Part shown: positions 38,947-48,996 of the stretch, piece by piece
Numbering within the stretch: the stretch's first letter is position 1
Layout of the letters: the number at the start of each line of letters is the position of its first letter
Source: Sedimentisphaerales bacterium
GTDB lineage: Bacteria; Planctomycetota; Phycisphaerae; Sedimentisphaerales; SM23-30
Direction: 5' to 3' (one strand)
Assembly: GCA_963666285.1 (NCBI GenBank)
Contig: OY762711.1
DNA length: 64,000 bases
Translations under genes and position numbers: made by a program
Notes under the pieces: model-generated
Databases searched by the model: none
Told to the model about the DNA's origin: nothing
What the model saw: the letters and a program-made list of their open reading frames with translations, nothing else

Positions 38947-38986
38947 ATATAAGGTCTAGTTGGTTTAAAGTGACTCAAGGATTGCT

Positions 38987-40120
38987 TTAGTCTGATTCTC
39001 TAATAATCAGCTCAACGGGGAGCCATATATTTAGTGGAGCCTTAGTTTGACCGTTAATAAGTTGATGAAGTATTTTTGCGGCTTCTGCGCCTATTTGTTG
39101 CGGATTTTGCCTGACTGTTGTGAGCTCAGGTTTTAATAGTTTAGCAATGGGAGAATCGTCAAAACCAACAACAGCCAAGTCTTTTCCTATCGTTAGTTTA
39201 TTTTTATTAGCTACTTTGTAAAGACTGGCAGCAATATAGTCATTGGCACAGAAAATACTAGCCGGCATGTCGCAATTATTGATAAAATCCTCAATCATTG
39301 ACTGGCTTGATTCAACTTTTCTTTCGAAGGGCCAGTAAGTTGTGTCGTCAGAATGTATTTTGCTTTTTATTATTAAATTTTCAAAATTTTCAAAACCAGA
39401 GTGCTGCATGGCTAGTTTGTAGCCGTTTAGCCTGGCTGCAATGGATTCTTCGCAACAGGTTGTACCAAGGAAAAATACAGGTCTTTTATGTTTTTCGATA
39501 AGATGTAGGGTAGCCTGGTATGCGCCTCCAGAATTGTCTGATTCTACGGATGAGACCGGGAGGTTGTTAAAGTGCTGATCAACGAGTACGACCGGGAATT
39601 TATTCTTTACTAGCTTATTTAAGGCATTTTTGTAGCTGTCGAGAGGGTATGGGTATACTATTATGCCGTTTATGTTTGCCTGATTAATGTTTTGTAATGT
39701 GTTAAGTGCCAGGTCGTGGCTACTTGGAGAGACAAATAATTGTAAATCAAAATTGTTACTTTCGCAGTATTGGCGAATACCATCTTTAATATTGACGATT
39801 AGTGCATCGTCTGCTCCAGCGATAATTGTGCCAATGGTAATTTGTTTGTCGATTTTATTATGTGGTGCTTCATTGCCGAATGATTCGATTAGATCGTCTT
39901 TGACAACAACGCCTTTATAAGGTATGCGTTCAACAATTCCTTTATCCTCAAGGATTCCCAGTACTTTACGAACTGTGATCCTTGAAGTGTTGTATCTTGA
40001 TGCCAGAGAATTTTCTATGGGCATAAATTGACCTTTAGGGTATTTGCCGCCGCGAATATCCTGAAGCATGCCGTAGGCTACTTTGCTAACCTTATTGTTA
40101 TATTCAATTAAATCTTCCAT
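38987..40120 (-). CDS. GntR-HTH/LacI-sensor transcriptional regulator
   Basis: SRITVRKVL..LEDKG.V.RIPYKG; DLAVVGFDD..LTTVRQ. Confidence 0.9.
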   Translation of the reverse strand: MEDLIEYNNKVSKVAYGMLQDIRGGKYPKGQFMPIENSLASRYNTSRITVRKVLGILEDKGIVERIPYKGVVVKDDLIESFGNEAPHNKIDKQITIGTIIAGADDALIVNIKDGIRQYCESNNFDLQLFVSPSSHDLALNTLQNINQANINGIIVYPYPLDSYKNALNKLVKNKFPVVLVDQHFNNLPVSSVESDNSGGAYQATLHLIEKHKRPVFFLGTTCCEESIAARLNGYKLAMQHSGFENFENLIIKSKIHSDDTTYWPFERKVESSQSMIEDFINNCDMPASIFCANDYIAASLYKVANKNKLTIGKDLAVVGFDDSPIAKLLKPELTTVRQNPQQIGAEAAKILHQLINGQTKAPLNIWLPVELIIRESD

Positions 40121-40246
40121 ATGACATATTGTAACAAAAAAAATACAGTATGTAAAGTTATTTTCGTTATTTATACAATCTAGTTTCTGTATCTCATCTT
40201 TTATCAGTACCTTACGATAGTTAGTAGCTTACAATTATTTTAATAA

Positions 40247-40263
40247 AAAATACGACAAGTATA
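40247..40263. promoter_or_regulatory. candidate operator, copy 2
   Basis: AAAATACGACAAGTATA between the divergent regulator and SSS genes. Confidence 0.55.
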
Positions 40264-40502
40264 TAAAAAATTACAAATTGTACTTGTGTGGTATGCTAAT
40301 TTTCTGTATATTGAATAAATAAAATGAATTAGGAAGGTGTTTTTGCCACTATTTCTAATGATTTAATTAACTTCAATGCGTATTGTGTAATTTGTATATT
40401 ATTACATAAGGCCTTTGGTAATAATGACATATGAGATATTTTTTAGCCGAAGTTTATTATTGAAATAACCATTTGTGGGTATTTCAATTCAGAGGAATTT
40501 AT

Positions 40503-42467
40503 ATGAGTTTAATTGATTGGATAATTGTCTTTAGTATAAATGCCGCAGTTATAGGCTTTGCTTACTGGAGTAAAAGATACAATCGCAGTGTAGCAGATTT
40601 TCTGGCTGCAAACAGATGTGGTGGCCGTTATATACTTGCTGTTGCTGAAGCAATGGCATTCTTTGGTGCTATTTCTTTTGTTGCTGATTTTGAAAAAAAC
40701 TATGTTGCTGCGTTTGCTCAAAAATATTGGGAATGGCTAACTGCACCTTTTGGCATATTAGTTACTATTTCAGGATGGGTAATCTATAGATTTCGTCAAA
40801 CAAAAGCGTTAACATTAGGCCAGTTTCTGGAAATGAGATACGGCCGAAAATTCAGGATTTTTGCTGGTTCGCTGGCTTTTCTTTCAGGTGTAATCAATTT
40901 CGGTATTTTCCCGGGTATGGGGGCCAGATTTTTTATATATTACTGTGGGTTACCACAGTCATTTGAAGTTTTTGGTTTTGAAATATCTACATTTATCTTT
41001 TTGATGTTGTTTTTATTATCTATTGCTACAGCTATTACAATCTGGGGTGGGCAGATATCTGTCATGGTAACTGATTTTGTGCAGGGCTTGCTAATGCTTT
41101 CTGTTATCCTCATGGTTGTTATGTTCTTTTTAAAGGATTACAGCCTGGATGTTGTTTTTTCAACTCTTCAGCAAAGAGAGCCGGGCAGATATCTTATTGA
41201 TCCATTCGATACAGGTAAACAGAGTTTTAATGTATGGTATGCCCTTGTTCTTCTTGTTGGCACATTTTATAATTATATGGGTTGGCAAAGTTCACAGGGT
41301 TATAATACTTCAGCTAAAAGTCCTCATGAAGCCAAAATGTCAAAAATAATAGGCTGGTTTCGAGGGGTGCCATATTTTATTTCAGTTCTTATTATTGCTG
41401 TTTGTGCTTATACTGCCATGCATAATCCTTCGTACAGTTCAGTTGCTGACGCTGTAAATAGTGAATTGTCGAATATCGATAGTGCTAAGTTACAGGGGCA
41501 AATGGTAGTGCCTGTTTTTCTGGGTAAAACCTTGCCGATAGGTTTGTTAGGTTTGTTTTTTGCAGTAATTGTGAGTGCCTTTATTTCAACTCATGACACA
41601 TTTCTGCATTCCTGGGGAAGTATTCTGGTACAGGACGTTTTGATTCCAATCCGCAATAAACCTCTTGATCCCAAACAGCATATAAGGTGGCTGAGGTTTT
41701 CTATTATTGGTGTAGCTGTATTTATATTTTTATGGAGCGTGTTTTTAAGGTTTGAAGATCACATTTTAATGTATTGGATGGTGACAGGAGCGATATTCCT
41801 GGGCGGTTCAGGTTCAGTTATTATTGGTGGTTTATACTGGAAACGCGGCACAACTGCCGGGGCGTTTTCGGCTATGGCGATAGGAAGTGTATTAGCGACT
41901 TCCGGATTAATTGTCCGAATGGTAAATCCAGAGTTTCCTATAGGCTCACAAATGATATTTACCATTTCCATGGCAGCTTCTGTTGCATCATATATTGTCA
42001 TTTCATTGTTGGGTAAGAAAACATTTAATCTTGACAAAATGCTGCATCGAGGTGCCTATTCAGAGAATGTCGAAAAAGAGAGCAAGCCTTTAACCTTCTG
42101 GAAGTCGATTAAAGAGCGGCTTGGAATTACGAAAGAATTTACACGGACAGACTTGTTTGTGTATTCTATTGTTCTTGGCCAGAGTGTTCTTTGGTTTATT
42201 ATCGGATGGGTAATATTTATTTTGTATACGATGGGTGACAAATGGGGTTTTGAATTGACTGATGATCATTGGTTTGGGATTTGGAAATTTGAAATTTATT
42301 TGTTCCTGGCTGTTTCATTTTTTGTTCTTTTCTGGTTTGCAATTGGTGGTTTTAAAGATATGAAATATTTATTCAAAAGCCTGTCAAATATCAAACGTGA
42401 TGTGAATGATGATGGATGGGTAAATGCTGATGAAAGTAATGAAGAACAAGAAGTATCTAATACTTAA
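40503..42467 (+). CDS. sodium:solute symporter (SSS family)
   Basis: SVADFLAANRCGGRY, TLGQFLEMRYG, GGQISVMVTD, GGLYWKRGT; many TM segments. Confidence 0.88.
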   Translation: MSLIDWIIVFSINAAVIGFAYWSKRYNRSVADFLAANRCGGRYILAVAEAMAFFGAISFVADFEKNYVAAFAQKYWEWLTAPFGILVTISGWVIYRFRQTKALTLGQFLEMRYGRKFRIFAGSLAFLSGVINFGIFPGMGARFFIYYCGLPQSFEVFGFEISTFIFLMLFLLSIATAITIWGGQISVMVTDFVQGLLMLSVILMVVMFFLKDYSLDVVFSTLQQREPGRYLIDPFDTGKQSFNVWYALVLLVGTFYNYMGWQSSQGYNTSAKSPHEAKMSKIIGWFRGVPYFISVLIIAVCAYTAMHNPSYSSVADAVNSELSNIDSAKLQGQMVVPVFLGKTLPIGLLGLFFAVIVSAFISTHDTFLHSWGSILVQDVLIPIRNKPLDPKQHIRWLRFSIIGVAVFIFLWSVFLRFEDHILMYWMVTGAIFLGGSGSVIIGGLYWKRGTTAGAFSAMAIGSVLATSGLIVRMVNPEFPIGSQMIFTISMAASVASYIVISLLGKKTFNLDKMLHRGAYSENVEKESKPLTFWKSIKERLGITKEFTRTDLFVYSIVLGQSVLWFIIGWVIFILYTMGDKWGFELTDDHWFGIWKFEIYLFLAVSFFVLFWFAIGGFKDMKYLFKSLSNIKRDVNDDGWVNADESNEEQEVSNT

Positions 42468-42632
42468 GGCAACCTCTGAAAATTCATTTTGAGCAACAAG
42501 TTTTACTTTTGCCTGCTGACATGCGTCACATAAAACAGTGAATATAGCACAATATGCACGGTTTCACGTTCCTTGTCAGCAAACAAAATCTTAAACTTTC
42601 GCATCAGAAGTAATTTCCAGAGGTCACCTTAA
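42464..42632. mobile_element. MITE-like non-autonomous element
   Basis: Terminal inverted repeats TAAGGCAACCTCTGAAAATT / AATTTCCAGAGGTCACCTTA (17/20); TTAA at both ends; internal TGCTGACA/TGTCAGCA inverted repeat. Confidence 0.75.
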
Positions 42633-42698
42633 AGTAACGATAGTGCTCAAGAATGAATTAAGCTAATTGCGATATAAAACTAATAGATAGAAATATAT

Positions 42699-43682
42699 AT
42701 GGAAATACTGAAGACAAATTGTATTTTAGGTGACATTGAGTCCTATATAAAACTTGACCAGACAAGTGATGGATGTTTTATAACTGGTTCTGATGGCATT
42801 GAAGCTGTATATACTCCACAGGATCGTAAAGTTGAATTTGTTGTATTTTCAGATAAAGTTTTTTGCCTGGTTAAGTCTGGTATGGGTTATCCTGCAATAT
42901 ATCCTATGGATGAAGTTTCTTTTGATCCCGGAGCTGAAGCTGTTTTGATGGATCTTGACGGTACCAGTGTTCATAGTGAACCTTTCTGGATGTGGATAAT
43001 AGAGCAGACTGTAGCGAGGTTGATTGATAATAAGAATTTTACACTTGAAGATGAAGATGAGCCACATGTATCAGGCCATTCTGTTTCCGAACATTTACAG
43101 TATTGTATCAATAAATATTGTCCGGATAAAACAGTTGAGGATGCCAGGTGTTATTATTTTGATATTACTCATTTTGAGATGGAAGAGATCTTAAAGGGGC
43201 GTGGCAGGCGGGATGCTTTTGTTCCGAGTCCGGGGTTAAAAGATTTTTTATATGAGTTAAAAGCAAATGATATTAAAATTGGGCTTGTAACTTCAGGTCT
43301 TTATGAAAAAGCCTGGCCGGAAATACTATCAGCATTTCGTACTTTAAATATGGGAGATCCTTTGGATTTTTACGATGCCATAATAAGTGCAGGCCATGCG
43401 ATAAAAAAAGGTCAGGCTGGAACTTTAGGTGAATTATCTCCCAAGCCTCACCCTTGGCTCTATGCTGAAACAGCACGTGTAGGATTAGGGCTGGATATGT
43501 CAAAAAGGGCCAAAGTGGTTGGTATAGAAGATTCCAGTGCCGGAGTTGTTTCAATCCGTCTTGCCGGTTTTGCTTCTATTGGTATTTCCGGTGGCAATAT
43601 TAGCAAGGGCGGTACCAGCTCTTTACTATTGGACAATTTTGATAACTTGACAGAAGCATTACCGTTGATATTAGGCAAATAA
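42699..43682 (+). CDS. HAD-superfamily phosphatase (beta-PGM-like)
   Basis: DLDGT motif I, LVTS motif II, KPHP motif III, IEDS..G motif IV. Confidence 0.85.
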   Translation: MEILKTNCILGDIESYIKLDQTSDGCFITGSDGIEAVYTPQDRKVEFVVFSDKVFCLVKSGMGYPAIYPMDEVSFDPGAEAVLMDLDGTSVHSEPFWMWIIEQTVARLIDNKNFTLEDEDEPHVSGHSVSEHLQYCINKYCPDKTVEDARCYYFDITHFEMEEILKGRGRRDAFVPSPGLKDFLYELKANDIKIGLVTSGLYEKAWPEILSAFRTLNMGDPLDFYDAIISAGHAIKKGQAGTLGELSPKPHPWLYAETARVGLGLDMSKRAKVVGIEDSSAGVVSIRLAGFASIGISGGNISKGGTSSLLLDNFDNLTEALPLILGK

Positions 43683-43692
43683 GGAGCCTACT

Positions 43693-43983
43693 TTGAATTA
43701 CATAAAAATACAATTGATATTCTGGGTTGCTATTTCTGGATCGTTGGCGTGTGCTAATATTCAGATGCCCTCAATTTTTGATGATAATATGGTATTGCAG
43801 CAAGATACATATGTGTCTGTCTGGGGAACTGCCCAGCCGAGTGAAAAGGTCTCTGTTAGCGGCAGCTGGCACAACTCTTCAAGAGAAGCAGTAAAAGCAG
43901 GTTGTGATGGCAAATGGCTCGTTAAAACAAAAACTACCAAAGCCGGTTTGCCGGCATCACCTTTCCGGACAGATAGCTATTAA
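43693..43983 (+). pseudogene. sialate O-acetylesterase-family gene with its centre deleted
   Basis: N-terminal MPSIFDDNMVLQQ..VWG.A...DGKW joined directly to the family's terminal GLPASPFRTD. Confidence 0.8.
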
Positions 43984-43995
43984 ATATTGGTACAA

Positions 43996-46746
43996 ATGAA
44001 ATCAGATATAAAACAAATCAAAGTTGTATCTAATACTCATTGGGATCGTGAATTCCGTATGAGTTTCGAGAAGACTCGACGTCGTCTCTTGGATATGCTG
44101 GATATAACTATGGATATTCTAGAACAGGATCCAAAGTATCACTCGTTTACTATGGACGGCCACTCAATAATGATAGATGACTATCTGGAAATGAGACCGG
44201 AACGAACTGAATTGGTAAATAAGCTTATAAAGTCAGGCAGATTGATCATAGGGCCGTATTATACCCTGGCAGAACAGTTTAGTATAGGTCATGAAGCTAT
44301 GGTTCGCAACCTGATGTGGGGCCAAAAGACCGTAAACAGATATGGCGGAAATATGCCGACGGTGGCCTATACTCCGTCTTCATGGGGCCAGACCGGTCAG
44401 TTACCTCAGATACTCAAAGATTTTGGTATTGATACCATGATGTTCTATCGCGGCATATCCCATCACGAATCTGATGCAGAATGGGTGTGGCAGTCACCAG
44501 ATGGTTCAGAAGTTCTAGCCAGCCGTTTTGCTGTATATGCTCGTTATAACTGGTACTACCAAGTGCATCGTGCAGTTACACGCGATAAAGTCTTTGATAA
44601 GGGCTATGACTGGGAACAAAATAATGAGATACCATTTCGTGTTTCCGATTCATTAGCAGCTGAAGATAACAGTTTTGAATTACTTGACCCTGCTCTGGAT
44701 TATGACAAGACCAGGCTTCGTCAAGCCATTGAGGATATGATAGATCGTGAAGGTGACCATTTTACCAGTGAAATCTTTCTGGCAATGCACGGTCATGATA
44801 TATCAGTGGCACATCCGCTGGAATCCCAGATTATCGAAGATGCCCAGAAAGAATTTAATGGCCAATACGAAATAACTCATACTGACCTGGAAAATTTCTG
44901 GCATGAATTCAGGAAAAAAGCAGACATTAGCTCTCTTTCAGTGTTAAAAGGTGAGAGAAGAGCTAATTTGAAAGAAGGTATGTGGACTTTTCTGTTTCCA
45001 GCTACTATAAGTGCCAGGACATATCTTAAGCAGCAGGATTTTGACGCCACAGCCAAATTGGTATATTCGGCAGAGCCTCTTGCCAGTCTTGCATATTGGT
45101 TAGGTATGAAATATCCCAAGGGGTATCTGGATAGGGCATGGCAGTATTTACTATCTAATCATACTCATGATGCCAATGGCGGCTGTGCTCCTGATGCGGT
45201 ATGTCTTGACATGGAATACCGCTATCGTAAAGTTAAGGATATTGCAGATATCGTTGTTAACGATTCGTTGGCGTATATAGCTAAGAATCTGAAAGCAGAT
45301 GAGGGAAATAGAGCCCAGTTGATAGTGTTTAACTCGTTGCCGGTTCGAAGAGATGAAATAATAGAGCTGGACCTGGAAATACCTGTTAGTTTGCACGCTA
45401 ATTCTATTAAGCTTACCTCCAAAGATGGTTCACAGGTGAAATTGCAGGCAATAAGTATGGAAAAGTCCAGCTCATTTATCGATAATATCTGGGATGTGCC
45501 GACAATCCTTGAAACAACCAGGCAGCGATATTATGCCAGGTTTATCAGTTTGCCGGCATTGGGATATCGGACATACGTAATTGAGCCGTGTTCGACAGAG
45601 CTTCGTAATTACGGCAGTTTAGTGACCGGACCATTATCGATGGAGAATGAAAATCTTAAAGTCAGGGTTAATAATGATGGTACAATTGATGTATTGAATA
45701 AGTTGACAAATAAGCATTATTATAATCTTAATTATCTTAGCGACCAGGGTGAATGCGGTAATGCGTGGAAACACATGTCACCGGTTTATGACAGGAAATA
45801 TGTCAGTTTAGGTGTTGATGCCAATATATCAATAATTGAAAATGGTCCACTGGTTAGCAGGATACAGGCAGAGTATAATTTTGCCGTTCCTGCTGACTAT
45901 GCTGATGGTCTAAGCAGGAATAAAAAGCTTGTCGATTTGCCGGTAAAGGTAATTTATACCCTAAAAGATGGAGCAGAGCAGGTAGAGGTAAAGATAACCG
46001 TGGAAAATAATGCTAAAGACCATTGGTTGAGAGCGAATTTCCCAACTGGTATTGACACTGATTATACTTCAGCTGACAGCCATTATGATGTGGTAGATCG
46101 CAAAATCAAGCTGCCTGACTCATCCGGATGGGTTGAGCCGGCTACCGGTACGCATCCTTTACGAACTTTTATAAGTATGAGTGACCATAAAGACGGTTTT
46201 TCGCTATTTACTAAGGGTGTTTTTGAATATGAAGCTTTTGATGATGAGGACAATACACTTGCAATAACTTTGATTCGGGCATGTCGGATCAAACTGGCGG
46301 TAAGCGAGGAAAAACTTACCGAACTGTCGGATAGAGGTATCCAGTGTCCCGGCAGGCAGGTATTTGAATATGCGATTAATGTTCATGAAGGTAACTGGCA
46401 GCAGGCAGGTACTATCAATGTCGCGGCAAAATACTATACACCGGTGCGGGCCGTTATGGCTGGCAGCGGCAAAGGTGAGTTTCCGCATGAGCAGTCATTG
46501 CTGGAAATCGATAATCCGAATATCCATATCAGTTGTATTAAGAAAGCAGAAGATAGTGATGATATTATAGTAAGGATGTTTAATCCAACTGAATCTGAGC
46601 AGGTGGTTGAGGTAGAACAAGAGTATAAAAAGGTTACAATGGCAGAAGGGCCATTATGTAAAAAAAACAGCGATGTCCTTAGTTTAGGTAAGAAAAAAAT
46701 AATTACAATTTTAATGGATAATTTACGATTACATACTTGTGAATGA
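43996..46746 (+). CDS. GH38 alpha-mannosidase (MngB-like)
   Basis: THWDREF, FTMDG, IGPYY, HTHD..GC, KDHWLRANFPT. Confidence 0.85.
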   Translation: MKSDIKQIKVVSNTHWDREFRMSFEKTRRRLLDMLDITMDILEQDPKYHSFTMDGHSIMIDDYLEMRPERTELVNKLIKSGRLIIGPYYTLAEQFSIGHEAMVRNLMWGQKTVNRYGGNMPTVAYTPSSWGQTGQLPQILKDFGIDTMMFYRGISHHESDAEWVWQSPDGSEVLASRFAVYARYNWYYQVHRAVTRDKVFDKGYDWEQNNEIPFRVSDSLAAEDNSFELLDPALDYDKTRLRQAIEDMIDREGDHFTSEIFLAMHGHDISVAHPLESQIIEDAQKEFNGQYEITHTDLENFWHEFRKKADISSLSVLKGERRANLKEGMWTFLFPATISARTYLKQQDFDATAKLVYSAEPLASLAYWLGMKYPKGYLDRAWQYLLSNHTHDANGGCAPDAVCLDMEYRYRKVKDIADIVVNDSLAYIAKNLKADEGNRAQLIVFNSLPVRRDEIIELDLEIPVSLHANSIKLTSKDGSQVKLQAISMEKSSSFIDNIWDVPTILETTRQRYYARFISLPALGYRTYVIEPCSTELRNYGSLVTGPLSMENENLKVRVNNDGTIDVLNKLTNKHYYNLNYLSDQGECGNAWKHMSPVYDRKYVSLGVDANISIIENGPLVSRIQAEYNFAVPADYADGLSRNKKLVDLPVKVIYTLKDGAEQVEVKITVENNAKDHWLRANFPTGIDTDYTSADSHYDVVDRKIKLPDSSGWVEPATGTHPLRTFISMSDHKDGFSLFTKGVFEYEAFDDEDNTLAITLIRACRIKLAVSEEKLTELSDRGIQCPGRQVFEYAINVHEGNWQQAGTINVAAKYYTPVRAVMAGSGKGEFPHEQSLLEIDNPNIHISCIKKAEDSDDIIVRMFNPTESEQVVEVEQEYKKVTMAEGPLCKKNSDVLSLGKKKIITILMDNLRLHTCE

Positions 46747-46820
46747 ATAATAACTGATGCTAGAAAAAGATCAATTACTGAACATATACATATTTGTTTT
46801 TACGAAACAGGACTAAATAT

Positions 46821-48965
46821 ATGATGATAAAAAAACTTCTATTTATTATATTATGCTTACAAGGCTTTGCTTGCGCATCTGTAATTGATTTTGTAGATGT
46901 GTTTGTAGGAACCCAGGGAGATCATGGCCAGTTGTATCCCGGAGCGACTTTGCCGTTTGGCTTGGTTAAACTCAGCCCTGATACGACAGGAAGCGGACAT
47001 GCCGGGTATGATTATTCAGATGTAGAAATAGAAGGTTTTTCACATACCCGCCTGGGAGGAGTCGGGTGTAATGGTGCCGGCGGGGATATTAAAGTCAAGC
47101 CGGCTTTGGGGAAGGTCAAAGTTGATCAATTAGATAAGAGTACCGAAACCGGTCATCCCGGATATTATTCTGTTTGTTTTTCTAATGGCATAAAAGCTGA
47201 ATTTACGGTGTCGTATCGAGTTGGTTTTCATAAATATTTGTTTCCTGAATCAAAGGATAATATTTACATTTATATTGATCCATCGCAAAGTTATGCCGGT
47301 TGTATGGAGTCCAAATGGTTTCAGGTCGGAGATAACACTTTAGCAGGGTATATCAAAGGGAAAAACGTTTGTGGCAAAGAGTATTATAAGCTTTATTATG
47401 CAGTGCAGTTTGATTCGCCGTATCGATCTGTAGAATCTGATGGTAGTGCAGTATGGTGCAGGTTTAGTTCAAACGAACATAGTTCTACCGAAATTAAGGT
47501 AAAAGTTAGTTTATCCCCGATTAGTTCAGATCAGGCATTATTTGAATGTGAAAATGATATCCCCGGCTGGAATTTTGAGTCGGCCAGGAGTTGTGCTGAA
47601 CAGACATGGGAAGATATTCTGGGAAAGGTTGAAATCAGAAATGTTCCCGAAGATTTGGAAGAGTTTAGAGATTTGTTTTATACCTGTTTATATCGCTGTT
47701 TCTTACTGCCTCATAACCTTACTAGCAGTACGGGCGAATATCGCATGGCCGGTGATGAACAGACAATACGTTCTACCAATAAAATATCAGAAGATTTTAC
47801 TTATTATTGTGGCTGGAGCGTGTGGGATGATTATCGAAAATTCAGTCTGATTTCTTTGCTGGCTCCTGATATATCTAAAGATATTACTCGTTCTATAATA
47901 GAGTGGTTTAAGGAAGGAAATACTCCGGCCTGGGCAGGCGGATATTGGCCTTGCCCGTCAGTTAGAAATGAATTTATCAATACTGTTGTATTAGATGCAT
48001 ATCAAAAAGGTTTGATAGATTACGATATTGAAAAAGCCTATGCCGGTCTTGTATCTTCTGTGCAGGGAAATGAACAGGTTGAAAAGCCATATCAGAATTA
48101 TATTGTTATGAAGTTTGCAGAGCTTCTTGGTAAAACTGAAGAAGCAGAAATGTTTAGAAATAAAGCCATGGCATATAAAAAATACTGGGTCCAAGGCCAG
48201 GTTGATGGTGAAGGGTTTCGGCGAGGGTTCTTTACTGCTGATGGCCGTAATGTACCTCAGGAAAAGGTTAATGAAGTTGACGCGGTGTTTTATGAGGGGA
48301 ATCTATGGCATTACAGATTCTTTGTACCTCATGATATACATGGTTTGGCAAATTTGAGAGGTAGTCGGGATTTACTGGCTGATGATCTTGAGTATTACTT
48401 TGAGACTAATCAGCATATGCCTTTGAATGAACCTCCGCTGGCATATCCGTTCTTGTTCAATTATCTGGGCAGACCAGACAGAACTCAATATTGGAGCAGA
48501 GTATTTATTACCGATATTGTCAATAATATATATCATAACCATGGCAAATTTGATACTCCAGTTTTGAGCAGAGTGTATCAGAAGCAGCCGGACGGCTGGC
48601 TGCCGACTATGGATGATGATACCGGGGCAATGTCAAGTCAGTTTGTCTTTTCAGCCCTTGGATTATATCCGGCCTGTATGGGCGATCCTTATTATGTGAT
48701 TGGTTCACCGCTGTTTCCCGAAGTTGTTCTTCACTTGAGAGATGGTGATTTTGTTATACGGGCAAATAATAGTACACTTGCTAACAAATATCTTCAATCG
48801 ATAGAGTTAAACGGTTCAGATTATGAAAAGAACTGGATCAGTTATGATCAGATAAAAAATGGTGGAAAGCTGTCAATGGAAATGGGATGTAAACCTAACC
48901 TTGAATTGATAAGAGATGCTGATTCTTTACCGCCTTCTCTGTCTGAATTGGAGAATGCTAAATAA
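46821..48965 (+). CDS. GH92 alpha-mannosidase
   Basis: PGATLPFGLVKLSPDT, GFSHTRLGGVG, YEGNLWHY, NEP, DDDTGAMSS. Confidence 0.9.
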   Translation: MMIKKLLFIILCLQGFACASVIDFVDVFVGTQGDHGQLYPGATLPFGLVKLSPDTTGSGHAGYDYSDVEIEGFSHTRLGGVGCNGAGGDIKVKPALGKVKVDQLDKSTETGHPGYYSVCFSNGIKAEFTVSYRVGFHKYLFPESKDNIYIYIDPSQSYAGCMESKWFQVGDNTLAGYIKGKNVCGKEYYKLYYAVQFDSPYRSVESDGSAVWCRFSSNEHSSTEIKVKVSLSPISSDQALFECENDIPGWNFESARSCAEQTWEDILGKVEIRNVPEDLEEFRDLFYTCLYRCFLLPHNLTSSTGEYRMAGDEQTIRSTNKISEDFTYYCGWSVWDDYRKFSLISLLAPDISKDITRSIIEWFKEGNTPAWAGGYWPCPSVRNEFINTVVLDAYQKGLIDYDIEKAYAGLVSSVQGNEQVEKPYQNYIVMKFAELLGKTEEAEMFRNKAMAYKKYWVQGQVDGEGFRRGFFTADGRNVPQEKVNEVDAVFYEGNLWHYRFFVPHDIHGLANLRGSRDLLADDLEYYFETNQHMPLNEPPLAYPFLFNYLGRPDRTQYWSRVFITDIVNNIYHNHGKFDTPVLSRVYQKQPDGWLPTMDDDTGAMSSQFVFSALGLYPACMGDPYYVIGSPLFPEVVLHLRDGDFVIRANNSTLANKYLQSIELNGSDYEKNWISYDQIKNGGKLSMEMGCKPNLELIRDADSLPPSLSELENAK

Positions 48966-48996
48966 ACGGAAATGTTTTGTTGTGCAAGTTATTATT

